The translations under genes and the position numbers were made by a program. A stretch of DNA of 53,724 nucleotides, filler included, from Sphacelaria rigidula (lineage: Eukaryota): assembly GCA_964200075.2 (NCBI GenBank). It is 4 parts of 4 records of this genome, joined end to end, with 100 filler letters (N's around TTAATTAATTAA, not from the genome) between each part and the next. Parts side by side here need not be neighbours in the genome. Positions count along the whole stretch, not along the records: positions 40,370 to 53,724 come from CAXNAA020002943.1; 3 more parts are not named here. The stretch is one strand, 5' to 3'. This document shows positions 50,937 through 53,724 of this stretch, one piece after another. Numbering within the stretch: position 1 is the stretch's first letter; each line of letters begins with the position of its first letter. Below the pieces are notes generated by a model that had not been told where the DNA came from, made no database searches, and saw nothing but the letters and a program-made list of their open reading frames with translations.

Positions 50937-51674
50937 ACGAGTTGGGTATGATGCACTCGGCATGTACACCAAGCGGGGGCACGTTTCGTCGCGGCGCGAA
51001 TATTAGCGCGGTGGTGGAACATGTTTTCGTAATACAGACCATACGCCCTCCACACGGCCTCCCCGGAGCGGAAACTTGGTATACCGACCCTTGTGACACG
51101 CTTTGATGCACTTGTGCACTGACATCCACATCATGATTCCTTCGACGGCTGTAGCAAGGGGAAACAAACATCGACCTATACTGGGACGCCCGCTGGAAAA
51201 TGAAAATCTCTGCGAAACCCAGTCCCACACTGCCTGCACAGGACCTGATGTGCGGAGGAACGCCCATACGTGCGCTGTGGGTGCTTTCACGCGCTGAAAC
51301 TTTGGCCACATGACCTGTGAAGCACAGCCAACAAGCCCATACCGTTTTATCTCCGCTTGCGTGGTGCAGCGCCACAGCCGGGGGCGAAAAAGGGTCAGAT
51401 TCTGTTCCGAAACAATTGTTTTTTATTCTTCGCGCGCAAGACTGACCCGACCCCTTTTGACCAGGGCGAGTCTTGATTGAACTTCTCAGACTTGACTGTC
51501 GCAGCTTCAATTGAGGCACTTTTGGAGGTTGGAGGCATCACACGCAGCAACCGGCTCCCCAAATCACTTTGAACACCCTCAAGAAGATTCAGCTTCATTG
51601 CTGATTTCTTCAATGACTTCGTTTGTGCGTGCCGACCCCGTCTGTGGCTGAGATGGAAGGGGTGTTGAGGTACG

Positions 51675-51813
51675 TGATCGACTTCCCGGTTCATTAACTC
51701 GCGAAGCTTTGCCCAGGGATAGAGGAGAGAGCAACCACGGACCATGATCGACTTCCCGGTTCATTAACTCGTGAAACTTTGCACAGAGATACAGGAGAGA
51801 GCAACCACGAACC
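51675..51813. repeat. 70-bp tandem duplication
   Basis: TGATCGACTTCCCGGTTCATTAACTCG... starts at 51675 and again at 51745. Confidence 0.85.
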
Positions 51814-52580
51814 GGCCGGGAAATCGATGCCAACATATTTCCAGGTGGGCCCTCCCGTTAGACGGTGTAGAACTACAGACATTGCCGACAACACCGCTGC
51901 CGAATACGAGCTTTTTTAGGCGCAGAGTATGTGTACGTGTATCGTTGTACTTTCTGTAGTGTACAGAAACCTAATGTGTTCGCGAGTTTAGGTGCACTAC
52001 TGAAGTGTCTGTGCTGGCAGAGCTGAGCTTCGCACGGCGCTTCGCACGGCGCTTCGCACGGGGTTTGACAAGCGGTACCCTTGTGCGATGGTAAAATCTG
52101 CACTGCGCTACTGTCTGTGTGTACCATAGCAGACGGTACTGTACTATCTTACCCTCTGCTGTCGTTGTACTTGAAGAGCGATGAATGGTACTGCACTCGT
52201 GAACTTTGGTCGCACACTGTGAACTGTTCTCGCGATATGGACTGTATCATCATGATGTATTGACCCACAACTTTACCGTGTACTTTGATTGTGGAGTGTA
52301 TTGCACTGCATTAGACCCTAGGGTACCACAGTACGACGCTGCTCTCGAAAGATGATTCACTGCCTGCCTGTTCTTCGGCTTCTTTGTGACACCGCACCCG
52401 TGCAGAAAATGATCCTCCGTGTACAGAACAATTTCAAAAAATCTGTGAAACCATGACACATACAATCGTACACACGAATCTGAGTTTCGCTAATCTGATT
52501 CCCCCCGATTTGGCACAGATCGGGGTCCCGCCAGATTCGGGATTGACTGCCATACAAGTTCGTCTAACGCCTCAGATTAA

Positions 52581-52678
52581 CCCTTAGACCGCGAGGTTAG
52601 TCTCCTGTTGAATCGGCACCAATTTCAAGTGAAAAAACATATGCATGATCCAGAAAGACTAATCTCGCGGTCTAACGG
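52581..52678. mobile_element. 98-bp piggyBac-type MITE, well-preserved copy
   Basis: TTAA TSD at 52577 and 52679; TIR CCCTTAGACCGCGAGGTTAGTCT / AGACTAATCTCGCGGTCTAACGG. Confidence 0.9.
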
Positions 52679-53724
52679 TTAAGAAAAGGTGTGCTCCCGA
52701 ATAAATAAAACGACGCGGGGTCGGTCATAATAGAAGGTGTGTATGGATCCCTATATTGATGAATATACTTTTTTCGCACAGAGGAAGGATAACACAGGAG
52801 TAATTTTAGTTTTTTCTAGCACTCCGCCTTTCTTCTGCGGTGCTTGCCTTTCTTTCTACCGAGAGAAGGGTTCAGCGGTCCCTACCCTCGTCGCCCGTAA
52901 AGTCGAACTTCGCGTACGGCGGCGCCGCCCGAGGCAAAAACAGTTGATGTGTTTTACGTACTTCCCCTTCAAAAATCGTGACTAGTTATTGTAAAAAATG
53001 TAACCACTCACATTTACCAGCTAAGAGGCTTGTACTGCTCGAAAATGTCAGTGAACGTGTTGGGCGATTCAAAAATCATTCATCTGTAGTATGCAGCAGA
53101 AGAGACTCCCCATGGGGAGCGGGGGATAAGAACAAGTACGCCAAGGCTGGCAGTACCCGGGGACGAGGGCGCAAAATTCTTCACGTCCGGACCGAAAACA
53201 CGCCTGTCGTTGAATAGAATGCTGGTGTATTTTGTGATCGCGGGTTACCATTTGTTATTGTTTTTTCGTATAAGGTATATATCTGCTGCATCACTTCGAG
53301 GTGTAGTGTGCATGTACTGCATCATGTTTACAATGCTCTTTAACATGCAATGGGCAATTGGGGTTTGGCGTTCGGCACTTCCGCATCAAGCGTCCCAATG
53401 AAATTTGTGGTGCCTGTATTGCTGTAGAGTGCAGACTTCAATCGTACAGTCTAATTATGTGCCGTGTTTCTTTGTTATAAACTCACCATAACAAAAACTA
53501 TTATCAAAATTGCCGGTCACGACACGACCCCAGACAAACTGGACAACTGGCGCTCGCGTAGCCATTTCCGCTTTACCTCCAGTTACAGTGGAAATAGACA
53601 GTATCAAATGGTCCAGTTCTCAGCCCAATTGATGAATGTGTTCCGTGTACTCCCATTGGAGGTGACACCATCCAAACTCAGCCCACGGTTTGACACGAGT
53701 CATCCTACGATAGGGGGGGGGGGG

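Overview
Eukaryotic, transposon-dense genomic DNA with spliceosomal GT-AG introns, roughly balanced GC and three scaffold gaps carrying an artificial TTAATTAATTAA linker. Repeat and intron style suggest a brown alga (Phaeophyceae), which is an inference. The only recognisable host gene is the last three coding exons of a USP40-like deubiquitinase (6640-7769, +). The left half is a mosaic of non-autonomous elements: an internally deleted Ty3/Gypsy LTR element that kept only integrase plus chromodomain (3291-5689), TTAA-linked piggyBac-type mini-MITEs in chains and nests, 4-bp-TSD MITEs, a CACAC-ended element and tRNA-derived SINE pieces. The most notable locus is 35.7-48.9 kb, where two decayed, intron-containing DNA-transposase genes lie head-to-head. 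One is a Sola-like DDD (GHTHxEID, DUF7869-type) transposase on the minus strand. The other is an AcademX-type protein (DDE + XPG/PIN nuclease + terminal Cys cluster) on the plus strand. They are separated by an assembly gap and a diverged inverted repeat with arms of about 300 bp. All family calls come from motif recognition by eye; no database searches were run.
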